Below the pieces are notes generated by a model. It ran no database searches, was not told where the DNA came from, and saw nothing but the letters and a program-made list of their open reading frames with translations. Below, one piece after another: positions 18,449 to 27,517 of a stretch of DNA of 64,000 nt (its first letter is position 1; every line of letters begins with the position of its first letter). The DNA is from a virus. A program made the position numbers and the translations under genes. The stretch covers positions 1 through 64,000 of the IMG/VR virus record IMGVR_UViG_3300037467_001462. The stretch is one strand, 5' to 3'.

Positions 18449-19105
18449 GTGACTGCCCCCAATCAGGGTGATCCGAATGGCGCGCTGAATCCTGGCGATT
18501 TCCACGCTTTCCAATCGATGACGGAGGACGACGCGAAAGCGTCGATGACGTCCGGCGCGAAAGTGTCTATCGACGGCGCATTCCAAAGCCACAGAGACAA
18601 CGTCACCAACCGCATCGACGGCAACTACACGCTTATCCAAACGGTTCAAGGTTCGGCGGATACAGCGGTCACTACTGCGCAGGCCGCGGCCAACACTGCT
18701 GCTGCCGCTTCGGAAAAGGCCGATATCGCTTACGGCCTGTCGTCCTATTGGGAATCCGAATGCGTGGTAGCCAGCGCGGCGGTTGTCCTCGGCGTCAACG
18801 AGCTGCTGATCGGATTGTGTCAAAACGTTCCCGATGACCGCACCCGGAAAATCACGGACCTTCACTTCGCGCTGCTCACCCAGCCCTCCGGAATAACGAT
18901 CGAAACCAAGAAGTGGAACTCCGCAGGAACGACAAGCAGTGTCATCCACACGGCGGTGCTAGGCGCGAACGTGACCCGCATCAACTACAACGCGCTCGAT
19001 CTCGTGATGGAGGACAAAGAGCGCATTTTCTGGAACGTCACTTCCATCACCGGAACCACCGCGCCCACTGTCCTTCAAGTGCTGGCCTTCGGTGTCATTC
19101 TCTAG
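18449..19105 (+). CDS. Minor tail protein
   Basis: MTAPNQ..P N-terminus common in actinophage tail-tip proteins. Confidence 0.6.
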   Translation: MTAPNQGDPNGALNPGDFHAFQSMTEDDAKASMTSGAKVSIDGAFQSHRDNVTNRIDGNYTLIQTVQGSADTAVTTAQAAANTAAAASEKADIAYGLSSYWESECVVASAAVVLGVNELLIGLCQNVPDDRTRKITDLHFALLTQPSGITIETKKWNSAGTTSSVIHTAVLGANVTRINYNALDLVMEDKERIFWNVTSITGTTAPTVLQVLAFGVIL

Positions 19106-19120
19106 CCAGGAGAAACCTCT

Positions 19121-19468
19121 GTGAAGTCTTTCGAATTGATCGCCGAGTCCGGCAACTACCACCAAATCACCACAATCCAACCCTACCGGGAGAGGTTGTG
19201 GGCTGCCGCGTTCGAGGTGGACTCGCTCGACGGCATGTTTGACATGCTTTCGGCGGCGAACGCGATCCCGATCCTCGACGCCGCTATAGACCGGTTCAGC
19301 ACCCATTCCGAGGAACTGCGTCCACTTCTCGATCCGGGCGACCATTTGATGCTGCGCGGCAATCGTGCCGCCCTGTCCGGTGTGCGGAAGTGGCTTGCCA
19401 TCAACGGCGGAACGATCTCGGGCGCAAAAGAGGGCGTCGATCACGATGAGCTTCCTGCTTCGACGTAA
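19121..19468 (+). CDS. Hypothetical protein
   Basis: CCAGGAG RBS; 115 aa. Confidence 0.6.
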   Translation: MKSFELIAESGNYHQITTIQPYRERLWAAAFEVDSLDGMFDMLSAANAIPILDAAIDRFSTHSEELRPLLDPGDHLMLRGNRAALSGVRKWLAINGGTISGAKEGVDHDELPAST

Positions 19469-20693
19469 CCTTCCACTCGCTTATGCGGGCTGGTACGACA
19501 GCTTTGAACGCCCGGTCGAGAACCCTGTCCAGTGGCCGTGGGTGCATCTGGGGGATGGCACTCCCGCTGACATCAATACGCTGGGCGAGCTGCATGTACC
19601 GCAAAACGCTGCGACCACGAACGGTGGCGGCGAGAGCTACGAATTCATGCCGTTCACGCCTAACAGTGGCCTGGAACTCGAAATGTTTTGGCCCGTTGGC
19701 GGCGCGGTAGCGCAATCCTTCGATTTCTACTTCACCAACACGTGGGCGGACATCGGTGCCGCGTTCATAAACGCGGTAGGAATACGGTTGTTCTACCGCA
19801 TCGACGCCGCCGGTGGCCCTAACGTTTATGTCGGTCAATACCCGGCGATGTGGCAGTTGGGCAGTATCCGCGCAACTTTCACCCCGCCAGCCGGTGCGTT
19901 TGGCGGCACGGTCACTTTGCGTGTCTGGTTTGACGACGACCAGTGGGTTCGGGTTTGGGTAAACGGCACCTATTTGGGGTCCGCGACGCTGGATCCTGGT
20001 TACAGGTTGGGGCCTGGGCGGCGCTGTTTGCGCATTGTGAATGGCACCTTCGCTGACGGCTATATCCGCTGGATCAACCATTATGACCGGCCGTCAAGCG
20101 TTCCACCTGACACGGTCTGGCAGTCCCAGTTCTTCGACGATTTCAACCGCGCTGACGGCGCTGTCGGTAATGGGTGGACTCAGCTCGGCAGCGCCGCCGC
20201 GATCAGCTCCAATTCGTGGGCGAAGAACGGCACCAACGACGAATCCTGCGGTCTGATCCGCGACACTGGAAATACGTCCGGCCGGATGCGTATCGAAGCG
20301 ACTGTCGGCGGCGCTTCCGGAATCAACAACACATCCGATTCCGGTCTCGTCCTGTGCAGTAATGCGGCGGGGACGCAAGGGTTGAGCGCAAATATTTTCG
20401 GCAACCAAATCTTTCTGTCCCAGTTCTCCAGTTCACTGTCCGGGAACCCGTCGTTCACTGATCAATCATCGATCTCTTCCGGGATGACGGTAAACACCGG
20501 CGACAAGGTTGCATTCTCTGTCTACAACGGGATGGCTTGGATCGAAATCAATGGCGCTCGACGCCTGTATTCGGGTGCCGCCAACAACACTGTTCCGGCC
20601 ACGAATTCGTGGGCGGGGCTGCGTGTTGAACGCGCCTCAAGCAACTACTCCAACTCGTGGAACGACGTCCGTATCTATTCGGGCCTCGGCTAA
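19446..20693 (+). CDS. Minor tail/receptor-binding protein with two beta-sandwich (ConA-like) domains
   Basis: Repeated DSFER/DDFNRAD...W domain starts; Trp/Gly/Asn rich. Confidence 0.65.
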   Translation: MSFLLRRNLPLAYAGWYDSFERPVENPVQWPWVHLGDGTPADINTLGELHVPQNAATTNGGGESYEFMPFTPNSGLELEMFWPVGGAVAQSFDFYFTNTWADIGAAFINAVGIRLFYRIDAAGGPNVYVGQYPAMWQLGSIRATFTPPAGAFGGTVTLRVWFDDDQWVRVWVNGTYLGSATLDPGYRLGPGRRCLRIVNGTFADGYIRWINHYDRPSSVPPDTVWQSQFFDDFNRADGAVGNGWTQLGSAAAISSNSWAKNGTNDESCGLIRDTGNTSGRMRIEATVGGASGINNTSDSGLVLCSNAAGTQGLSANIFGNQIFLSQFSSSLSGNPSFTDQSSISSGMTVNTGDKVAFSVYNGMAWIEINGARRLYSGAANNTVPATNSWAGLRVERASSNYSNSWNDVRIYSGLG

Positions 20694-20720
20694 CCATATT
20701 CCCCCTTTTTCGGAGCGCCC

Positions 20721-21035
20721 ATGACCATTGGATATGAGCCGCAAATCGAACGGCTCGTCCTCGTGAAGGGCCAAGACTTCCTCCACGACATCAATCCACC
20801 GGCCGGCGAAACATTCCCCGTCGGAACAAGCGCCGACCTGATTCTCTCGGCGGCCGGAGGATCCGGCGACGTCATCGCCACCTGGCCCGCCACCGTCACC
20901 CCTTCCGCGATCAGCTGGTCCGTCTCCTCGACGGTCGCTGACACCATCACCGCCCCCGCCACATTCCGGATCCTCGTCCACTACTCGGACGGATCCGATT
21001 TCTGCTGGTTCCAGGGCGCGGTGGCTCGACCCTAG
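20721..21035 (+). CDS. Small tail protein (LtfC/BppU-like Ig fold)
   Basis: IGYEP...LVL..GQDF...WFQGAVAR pattern. Confidence 0.6.
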   Translation: MTIGYEPQIERLVLVKGQDFLHDINPPAGETFPVGTSADLILSAAGGSGDVIATWPATVTPSAISWSVSSTVADTITAPATFRILVHYSDGSDFCWFQGAVARP

Positions 21036-21044
21036 GAGACCACC

Positions 21045-21392
21045 TTGGCTCTCTCCACAAATACAGCGAAACAGGCTGCCGCAGACGGCGTTAAGGGCCT
21101 CGCCACCGCGCCGTGGGTGTCTTTGCACACCGCGAACCCCGGATCCACCGGCGCCAGCGAAGCCAGCGGCGCACCCTACGGGCGCGTGCAGGCGACATGG
21201 GCGTCCGGCACCACCGGCACCCTGACTGCCGCGCAGGTCGCTGTCCCCGCACCGGCCGGCACCTACACCTACGGCGGCCTGTGGACCGCGCAGACCGGCG
21301 GAACGTTCATCGCTGGTGATGTGCTGAATCCTGCTGTCACGCTGTCCGCTAACGGCACCATCAACGTCACCCCGTCGTACACGCAGAGCTGA
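21045..21392 (+). CDS. Minor tail (fibre-associated) protein
   Basis: SLHTANPG.TGASE.SG..Y.R...W...GLWTA..GGTF conserved phage tail motif. Confidence 0.75.
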   Translation: MALSTNTAKQAAADGVKGLATAPWVSLHTANPGSTGASEASGAPYGRVQATWASGTTGTLTAAQVAVPAPAGTYTYGGLWTAQTGGTFIAGDVLNPAVTLSANGTINVTPSYTQS

Positions 21393-21394
21393 TC

Positions 21395-22285
21395 ATGGAT
21401 CCGCGCCGCACGTCGTGGCGGGCGCATCGGCTTCCCGCCGCAACAACAACATCAGCCTCCGCACCGGGACGTTCCTCGACGAGGATGCGGCATTCAGCGG
21501 TCTACACACCACCGCCCGCATCCTGGCTGACCCTGACCGGCGAGGGAACGCTCAACTTCGCCACCACGGTCAACACCACACTCCCGCTCACTGGTGTTGG
21601 TGTCGCAGGCTTCGACGACACCGTCAATGCCGGGCTGGCGCTCACCGGCAGCGGCGCTGTCGCGATGGGATACAGCACGAATCTTGACCTGTCGACTGTC
21701 GGCACCGCCGGTTTCGTAGCACGCCCCAGCGTCTCCCTCACTGAAACCGGTACCGGGTCCGTCGCATTCAGTGGCACACCGAACGTCACATTGCCCGAAA
21801 CCGGCACAGGCACGCTGTCTTTCGCGACCAAGGTCAACACGACACTCGCGATCACCGGCAGCGGCACACTGAATTTGCCTGCCGCGCCCGCGTTCTCGCC
21901 GTCCGGCATGTTCAAAAACGGCACGTTCACGATCCCGAACTCGTACACGGTGATCACAGCGTGGACTGCGGACACCACGGGCTATCCGGGATCGACTGTG
22001 TCGGGCAACGGGCTCGTCGTGCAGAACAGCAAGTCCGGCGCGACGATCACCGCCAACATCCCATGGACCTCGTCGTTCTCCGTCACGGTCACGCTGCGCC
22101 TGTTCCAGGGCGCCACACAGATCGCGCAAGGAACAGGCGTCACCGGCACTAGCGGAACCTCTACCGCTACAGCTACCGGAGTGACAGTCACAGGCGGCGA
22201 CGTGATCACCGTGCAGGTATTGGGCTCCAGCAACAACTTCGCCACCGTCACCTCCGGCGCCGGCACATACGTACGCGTCACCTAA
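21395..22285 (+). CDS. Minor tail/fibre protein with LTGxG beta repeats
   Basis: About 7 imperfect 20-aa LT(G/E)xGxG repeats; Thr/Gly-rich C domain. Confidence 0.7.
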   Translation: MDPRRTSWRAHRLPAATTTSASAPGRSSTRMRHSAVYTPPPASWLTLTGEGTLNFATTVNTTLPLTGVGVAGFDDTVNAGLALTGSGAVAMGYSTNLDLSTVGTAGFVARPSVSLTETGTGSVAFSGTPNVTLPETGTGTLSFATKVNTTLAITGSGTLNLPAAPAFSPSGMFKNGTFTIPNSYTVITAWTADTTGYPGSTVSGNGLVVQNSKSGATITANIPWTSSFSVTVTLRLFQGATQIAQGTGVTGTSGTSTATATGVTVTGGDVITVQVLGSSNNFATVTSGAGTYVRVT

Positions 22286-22319
22286 ACCTCTCTGCTCCAA
22301 CTGAATTCGGAGGGCCATC

Positions 22320-22667
22320 GTGTCCGAACCTCTTTTCGACCCTCCACTCACCGCGCTCCTGCCCCTCTCGTGGCACAGCGACCGGGTCATCGACTTCCAA
22401 AACGTCGACCCCGACGACAACACCACCCCACTCGAATACGAGGCGGGCGTCACGGGCTACCTAGATGTGAAAACCACAGACCCGCAACGCTTCCCGGCTG
22501 TCATCACTGGTTCCCACGCTGTCGTGCGGATCGAATCGGAAGACGCCGACAACTTGCGCGCCGGAACCCTGTGGGCGTTCATCCTCTCGTATCCCGGCAC
22601 GCCGACGACTGAGGTCGTAGTCGCTAACGGCACCATCGCCCGATACGACGGCAAGGCCGCCGTATGA
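22320..22667 (+). CDS. Small tail protein (LtfC-like), possible paralog of 20721..21035
   Basis: V.IESEDAD...GTIARYD pattern. Confidence 0.55.
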   Translation: MSEPLFDPPLTALLPLSWHSDRVIDFQNVDPDDNTTPLEYEAGVTGYLDVKTTDPQRFPAVITGSHAVVRIESEDADNLRAGTLWAFILSYPGTPTTEVVVANGTIARYDGKAAV

Positions 22668-22915
22668 CCGTCACCATCCGTGTCACCGCGCAGACCGCCC
22701 GCGTCCACGCGCAACCGGTCCAACCCGTCACCGTGACACCCGCCGACGGCGCCCGCGTCGCAGTCATCGCCAAACCAGGCCCGCCTGGTCCTGCGGGCGA
22801 GATCGACCCCGACGACATGACCCAAATCACCGACGACGCCACCACGGCCGTCCTCGAAGACCTCGAACCCCCTGTGACTTTGACCCTGCTGTTCGAAAAC
22901 GGACTGGCGGGCTAG
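22664..22915 (+). CDS. Small tail protein with short collagen-like PGPPGP motif
   Basis: ATGA overlap; ends LTLLFENGL. Confidence 0.65.
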   Translation: MTVTIRVTAQTARVHAQPVQPVTVTPADGARVAVIAKPGPPGPAGEIDPDDMTQITDDATTAVLEDLEPPVTLTLLFENGLAG

Positions 22916-22922
22916 GAGAAGT

Positions 22923-23642
22923 ATGTCTCTCGTAACTCAGGTATCCGACCTCGCTACCAGGGCCGGAACCGAATTCAAGACATTGAGGGGCGAGGTCGCA
23001 TCGACTACCGGCAGCCTCGCGTCTTTGACGACCACCGACAAGTCGAACCTGGTCGCCGCGATCAACGAAGTCCTCGCCGCGGTCGGCTCGGGCGGCACGA
23101 TTGATGCCGACTCGATCTCCGACGCCACTGCCGTCGGCAAAGCACTGATCCGCGCTGTCGATGCTGCCGCCGCCCGCACGGCGATCGGCGCCGGCACAAG
23201 CAACCTCGCTCTCGGCACTACCTCGTCTACGGCGAAGGCCGGCGACTATCAGCCGACCGCCGCGAACATTTCGGATGCCACCACGGTCGGTAAGGCGCTG
23301 CTGACAGCTGCGGCGGCCGTGAACGCGCGATCGACGCTGAGCGTGTATTCCAGCTCGGAGACCGACTCCGCGATTTCGACCGCTGTGGCCGCTCTGGTGA
23401 ATTCGGCGCCCGGCACGCTGGACACGTTGAAGGAACTCGCGGACGCCCTGGGCGACGACCCCAGCTTCGCCACCACGATCAACACTGCTCTGGGCAACCG
23501 GGTGCGTGTCGATGTGAACACGCAGGGGCTGACCACCACGCAGCAGGGCAATGCGCGGACCAATATCGCTGCTGCGGGAAGCGCTGAGGTGGGGGATACG
23601 ACAACAGATTTCGTGTCGGTGTTCAACGCTGCGCTGGTGTAG
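22923..23642 (+). CDS. Tail/head fibre protein
   Basis: LTTTDKSNLVAAINE and AP.TLDTLKELA.AL motifs; duplicated ISDAT.VGKAL repeat. Confidence 0.8.
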   Translation: MSLVTQVSDLATRAGTEFKTLRGEVASTTGSLASLTTTDKSNLVAAINEVLAAVGSGGTIDADSISDATAVGKALIRAVDAAAARTAIGAGTSNLALGTTSSTAKAGDYQPTAANISDATTVGKALLTAAAAVNARSTLSVYSSSETDSAISTAVAALVNSAPGTLDTLKELADALGDDPSFATTINTALGNRVRVDVNTQGLTTTQQGNARTNIAAAGSAEVGDTTTDFVSVFNAALV

Positions 23643-23645
23643 CCG

Positions 23646-24890
23646 ATGAGTCTCGCTTCCCAAGTTTCGCTGCTCGCAACGCGCATCGGGCAGGAGATGA
23701 AAACCAAAGCCACTGTTGATCAGGTTTATGGTTCGTCGGTCACGCGGACGTTGCCGTACACCAATGGCGGTTTGGGTGGCACGGTCACGAGTTCGTTGGC
23801 TGCGACGACTGCTGGCTCGTGCCGCTTTTCGGTGGAGTTACCGGTTGATGTGTCGCAGTGGCGGATCAAGATCCGCAACCGAGACAGCGCCGAAACAGCG
23901 AAGACGGCGGCCACTTTGAAGAAGCTGGTTGTCGGGCTGCACAGTCTGCCGTCCACGGATGCGACGGGCGCTGACAGTGGCAGCTTCACGAACTCGACAG
24001 CCACCACGATCGTGTCTACGGACCAGACGATCCCTGGCGACGGCACCTATTACACGTCGCCGTGGGTGACGACCGCGGGCTCCCTGTTCACCGCGAACAC
24101 TGAATGGTTGGTCGCGTTCGGGTACACCTTCGCCTCGTCCACGGCTGTGCAGACTGGCGCTGGGAAAGCCTGGTACTGGAGCAATTCCACCTCCGCGACC
24201 GATCCCACCATCGCTGGGTCTGGTGGCACGGTGAGCTTTCTGCCGTTCGATGTGATCATCGAGTACCAGTCGACCTCGCGCCGCAAGGTTTGCTTGGTGA
24301 TCGGTGATTCGATCTTCGAGCCGATCGCTGGTTCGAAGGGCACGACGAGCGCGAGTATCGCGCCGACACCGTTGCATCGCGGAAACGTGTATCAGTGGGC
24401 AGCGCAACACAACAGGTTGATCGTCAACATGAGCCTCGCCGGCTGGAAGCTGTCGGACTATGCGACCACTCTGTCCAACGCCAGCGTCGCTCACATCTGG
24501 GACCGGTTGAACCTCACGTCGTACACGCTTGATGAGGTGCTGATTTGCGGTGGCAGCAACGACATCTTCGGCGCATCCGCTACCTTGTCTGGTCTGCAAA
24601 CGTCGGTCAACACCCTCGTGTCACGGCTGCGAACCACCTACAGCTTCACTGGCCCTGTCTACATGGGAACGGTCATCTCGCGCACGTCCACTGGTGACAG
24701 TGTGCGCCTGGCTTACAACGACTGGCTCGGTTCCGGGCCGTCGTTCTGTTCCGCGGTGGTCGACTTCGCGGGCGCAACGCGAGGTACGTCTAGCACCGCG
24801 CTGTGGCCGGACTACACCTGCGACACGATCCACCCAACCTGGCTAGGCCATCGGAGGATGGCGATCGAACTGGGCACCGTGCTGCCCTGA
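23646..24890 (+). CDS. Fibre-associated SGNH/GDSL hydrolase
   Basis: GDS, G, GSND and DTIHP blocks; N-terminus resembles the preceding fibre protein. Confidence 0.85.
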   Translation: MSLASQVSLLATRIGQEMKTKATVDQVYGSSVTRTLPYTNGGLGGTVTSSLAATTAGSCRFSVELPVDVSQWRIKIRNRDSAETAKTAATLKKLVVGLHSLPSTDATGADSGSFTNSTATTIVSTDQTIPGDGTYYTSPWVTTAGSLFTANTEWLVAFGYTFASSTAVQTGAGKAWYWSNSTSATDPTIAGSGGTVSFLPFDVIIEYQSTSRRKVCLVIGDSIFEPIAGSKGTTSASIAPTPLHRGNVYQWAAQHNRLIVNMSLAGWKLSDYATTLSNASVAHIWDRLNLTSYTLDEVLICGGSNDIFGASATLSGLQTSVNTLVSRLRTTYSFTGPVYMGTVISRTSTGDSVRLAYNDWLGSGPSFCSAVVDFAGATRGTSSTALWPDYTCDTIHPTWLGHRRMAIELGTVLP

Positions 24891-24907
24891 GAATGCTCAA
24901 ACGATAC

Positions 24908-24949
24908 GGCCCCCGGCTGAACCCTTGTGTTCAGTCGGGGGCCATTTTT
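24908..24949 (+). terminator. Terminator of late operon
   Basis: GGCCCCCGGCTGAAC/GTTCAGTCGGGGGCC stem followed by ATTTTT. Confidence 0.8.
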
Positions 24950-24966
24950 CGCATGCATGCCCACCT

Positions 24967-25147
24967 CGTTCGGACGGCGTCGGGACGGCGTTCGGACGAC
25001 GTTCACCAGGAGCCGTTGTACGGCGTACAAATCAGTTTCCTTACGTGTACGATAAATCGGTTTACACTGTACATAACCCCAGGTCGCGGCCCTTGCTGAC
25101 TACCCCCGCGCGCACGCGTTTCCTTATAGACGCGCGCGCACGCGTTT
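24967..25147. repeat. Non-coding cluster of direct repeats
   Basis: 11-bp unit CGTTCGGACGG x3 (imperfect, 24967-24999); AAATC(A/G)GTTT x2; CGCGCGCACGCGTTT at 25107 and 25133. Confidence 0.7.
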
Positions 25148-25563
25148 AGTTACCCAACGATCACGCCTCTCGCGTTCCAGCGCGGAACGGAACCTCACCG
25201 CCTCAGTGCATCGCCAAGGGCGCACTCCACACGCCTTGGCAATCGAACCTCTCGTTGCGCTGCGATCAACCTGTTGTGCACACACACCGGTCCCCGTGCC
25301 GCGCCCATGTTTCTCGATTGGCGGATGTTTGCGGCGGCAAAAGACTCGGGCACGCTGTGCACTGGACGTTCACGGGGTTCTTTGGGTGGTGACCAACTGA
25401 CCGCGCGCGCGAGCCGGCGGACCCGCCGCTTCGGGGCTCTGATCGCGGCTGTGGCGGGTTGGGGGTACCTCGGGTATGCGGGGGAGGGGGTGCGGCTGTT
25501 GTGGCGGCTTCTGGGCTGCTGTTCGGGGCGCTCCCGCGAGCTGTGTGCGGTTGGCACTACCCT

Positions 25564-25593
25564 GTTGTGACAGCACTACATTGCTGCTATGGT
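25564..25593 (+). promoter_or_regulatory. SigA-type promoter overlapped by 16-bp phage operator
   Basis: GTTGTG-ACAG-CACTAC at 25564-25579; TTGTGA-N17-TATGGT. Confidence 0.6.
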
Positions 25594-25641
25594 TGAGCGT
25601 GTGGCCCACAGGCCGGACTGGAACTCTGCGACGATAGGGCT

Positions 25642-25875
25642 ATGAACGTGACACCGGAGGAGGCGCAGCGATTGCTGGAGGCGGTGAGGGAAACCTCCGA
25701 ACGCTCACGGGCCGTGCAGGAGGAAGCGAACCGGATGATTCGGGCAGCGGCGGCGATGCGCGGGGAGGCGGTGAAGGCTGCGTTAGCTGCGAAGATCCCG
25801 CGAGACGAGATAGCGAAAGCGGCTGAGGTCCACCGGAATTTGCTGTATCGGATAGCCGGGAGGTCGGACAGCTAA
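25642..25875 (+). CDS. Small DNA-binding protein with C-terminal HTH
   Basis: IPRDEIAKAAEVHRNLLYRI HTH pattern. Confidence 0.7.
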   Translation: MNVTPEEAQRLLEAVRETSERSRAVQEEANRMIRAAAAMRGEAVKAALAAKIPRDEIAKAAEVHRNLLYRIAGRSDS

Positions 25876-25881
25876 ACCTTC

Positions 25882-25951
25882 TGCAACCAGGGGTAGTTGC
25901 ATTGCGGCCGCCTGGTGTGTATCTTCAAATCTGCAACCACGCCCGGTTGCA
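25882..25951 (+). promoter_or_regulatory. Antirepressor promoter bracketed by two TGCAAC-N8-GTTGCA operators
   Basis: Palindromes at 25882-25901 and 25932-25951; TTGCAT-N17-TATCTT. Confidence 0.7.
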
Positions 25952-26025
25952 GATTTTCTTAGTTCGGCGCTCCCCCGGCGTCTTAGCGGGACTGGGGCAG
26001 CGCCACAACCGAAAGAGGTTCGGCC

Positions 26026-26772
26026 TTGTCACAGGCTAACACTGCCGCTGCGCAGTCATCCATTCTGCCCACCCGAATCTTCCGTGCCCCCAACGGTCAG
26101 GACCTGGCGCTCATCGCCCAGGGCGACACCTTCGTTGTCGACGCTGATGCGCTTGCACAGCAACTTGCGTTCGCCGAGGCGAAGGACTTGGTGCGAACTC
26201 TCGCCGATGACGAAAAGGTCCTGGTCAAACCCAATCGGCAAGATTGCCGATTGGACCTGACCAGCGCAAACGTCTGGATTCCTCCCAAAGGCAAGTACTA
26301 CGTCACCGAACCCGGCTTCTATCGAGTGCTCGGACAGCGCAACGTAAATGCCATCCGAGATGACGTTGCACAGCTTGCCGTCTACCGCTTCCAGCGGTGG
26401 GTGTTCCATGAGGTACTGCCCCAGATGATGCGGGCGGGGATGACCTTGGGTTTGCGTCCCGGACTGGCCTGGAACTGGGATGAAGTATCGGCGCAAGTCC
26501 GGCAACGGTACGGACTCGACTTGCGGCCCACGGAGATTACCAACGCCATGCGTGCGGCTGGCTGGCTCAAGTCGGGCGAGTGCACGCCGAAGTCGAAGTA
26601 CCGTCACCACTTTTGGCACAGCGGCACCGCATTCCTCCTGTATCCGTATGCGTTGCCCGTTCTCGTGTCGGACATGGTAGGCACGCTGCGGGGGCTGGGC
26701 GATCCGCGTGTTCAGCAGGAGCAGCTGGAGTTCTTCCCGCCCCTTCGGATGCTTGAGGGGGACGCGGCCTGA
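26026..26772 (+). CDS. BRO-N domain antirepressor-like protein
   Basis: VTEPGFYRVL...FQRWVFHEVLP Bro-N motif. Confidence 0.8.
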   Translation: MSQANTAAAQSSILPTRIFRAPNGQDLALIAQGDTFVVDADALAQQLAFAEAKDLVRTLADDEKVLVKPNRQDCRLDLTSANVWIPPKGKYYVTEPGFYRVLGQRNVNAIRDDVAQLAVYRFQRWVFHEVLPQMMRAGMTLGLRPGLAWNWDEVSAQVRQRYGLDLRPTEITNAMRAAGWLKSGECTPKSKYRHHFWHSGTAFLLYPYALPVLVSDMVGTLRGLGDPRVQQEQLEFFPPLRMLEGDAA

Positions 26773-26809
26773 CGCCGCCGCCAACCTCCGGTCACAGCTA
26801 GAACACCTA

Positions 26810-26851
26810 GGCCCCGCGCGATTGGGCCGTGAACCGTCGCGCGGGGCTTTC
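26810..26851 (+). terminator. Hairpin terminator after antirepressor
   Basis: GGCCCCGCGCGA/TCGCGCGGGGCT followed by T residues. Confidence 0.55.
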
Positions 26852-26870
26852 TCATGCCCAGGAGCCAGCC

Positions 26871-27266
26871 ATGGACAACCACGCAACAACCACCCGCCAA
26901 CTGTTCATCGGCGAACGCATCGCCCCCTTCGCCAACCACCGCTTCAAAGGCGAACTCGTCGGCCCCGACCTCGAACCCTTCCTCAAAACCCTCGGCATCG
27001 TCATCCGCAAACCCCGCGGCCACACCAAATTCCGCCGCGACCAGGACGGCATGGTGTGGCACGAGATCGGCCGCATCCGCATCCACCCGCTCACCAACAA
27101 CCGTATCGAGGTATGCCCCCGCGAGGGTTTGACCTCATATGAGATGGGCGCCATGCGTGGCGCAGCGTTCGAGGCATTCACCACGGAAACCATCACTTGG
27201 GGCTTCCGCACATTTGGGAAACAACACATCCCCGTCTACGAGAGCAGCATCTACCTGCCCAACTAG
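26871..27266 (+). CDS. Hypothetical protein
   Basis: CCAGGAG RBS; 131 aa. Confidence 0.65.
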   Translation: MDNHATTTRQLFIGERIAPFANHRFKGELVGPDLEPFLKTLGIVIRKPRGHTKFRRDQDGMVWHEIGRIRIHPLTNNRIEVCPREGLTSYEMGAMRGAAFEAFTTETITWGFRTFGKQHIPVYESSIYLPN

Positions 27267-27273
27267 ACAACAA

Positions 27274-27302
27274 CGGCCCCCAGCTACCTCAGCTGGGGGC
27301 CG
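27274..27302. terminator. Hairpin between convergent genes
   Basis: CGGCCCCCAGCT/AGCTGGGGGCCG perfect 12-bp stem. Confidence 0.65.
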
Positions 27303-27312
27303 CTTCTCCTGT

Positions 27313-27510
27313 CTACTGCGTGTGTTCAGTCCATTGCTGGCCGTCGAACCAGCGCATCGCGCCCTCCTTGTCCGGGTACCAGCCCGCTTGCGGCGTGTTC
27401 GGTTTGCTCGAAGCGCGGATCGCAGCCACCACGCCGGCGACGATCGCGCCGATGACGAGGAGCGCCACGACCAGCAGCACCAGAATGTGAAAGGGGGACA
27501 GGCCGCCCAT
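27313..27510 (-). CDS. Membrane protein with DUF2510 domain
   Basis: N-terminal TM; AGWYPD...RWFDGQQWTEH. Confidence 0.8.
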   Translation of the reverse strand: MGGLSPFHILVLLVVALLVIGAIVAGVVAAIRASSKPNTPQAGWYPDKEGAMRWFDGQQWTEHTQ

Positions 27511-27517
27511 CGCTACC

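Noticed and set aside
19446-24890. Diversity-generating retroelement or invertible tail-fibre cassette
   Set aside because: No reverse transcriptase, invertase, TR/VR pair or flanking inverted repeats seen
24967-25147. Mini CRISPR array
   Set aside because: Repeats are 11-15 bp with no unique 30-40 bp spacers, and no cas genes are present
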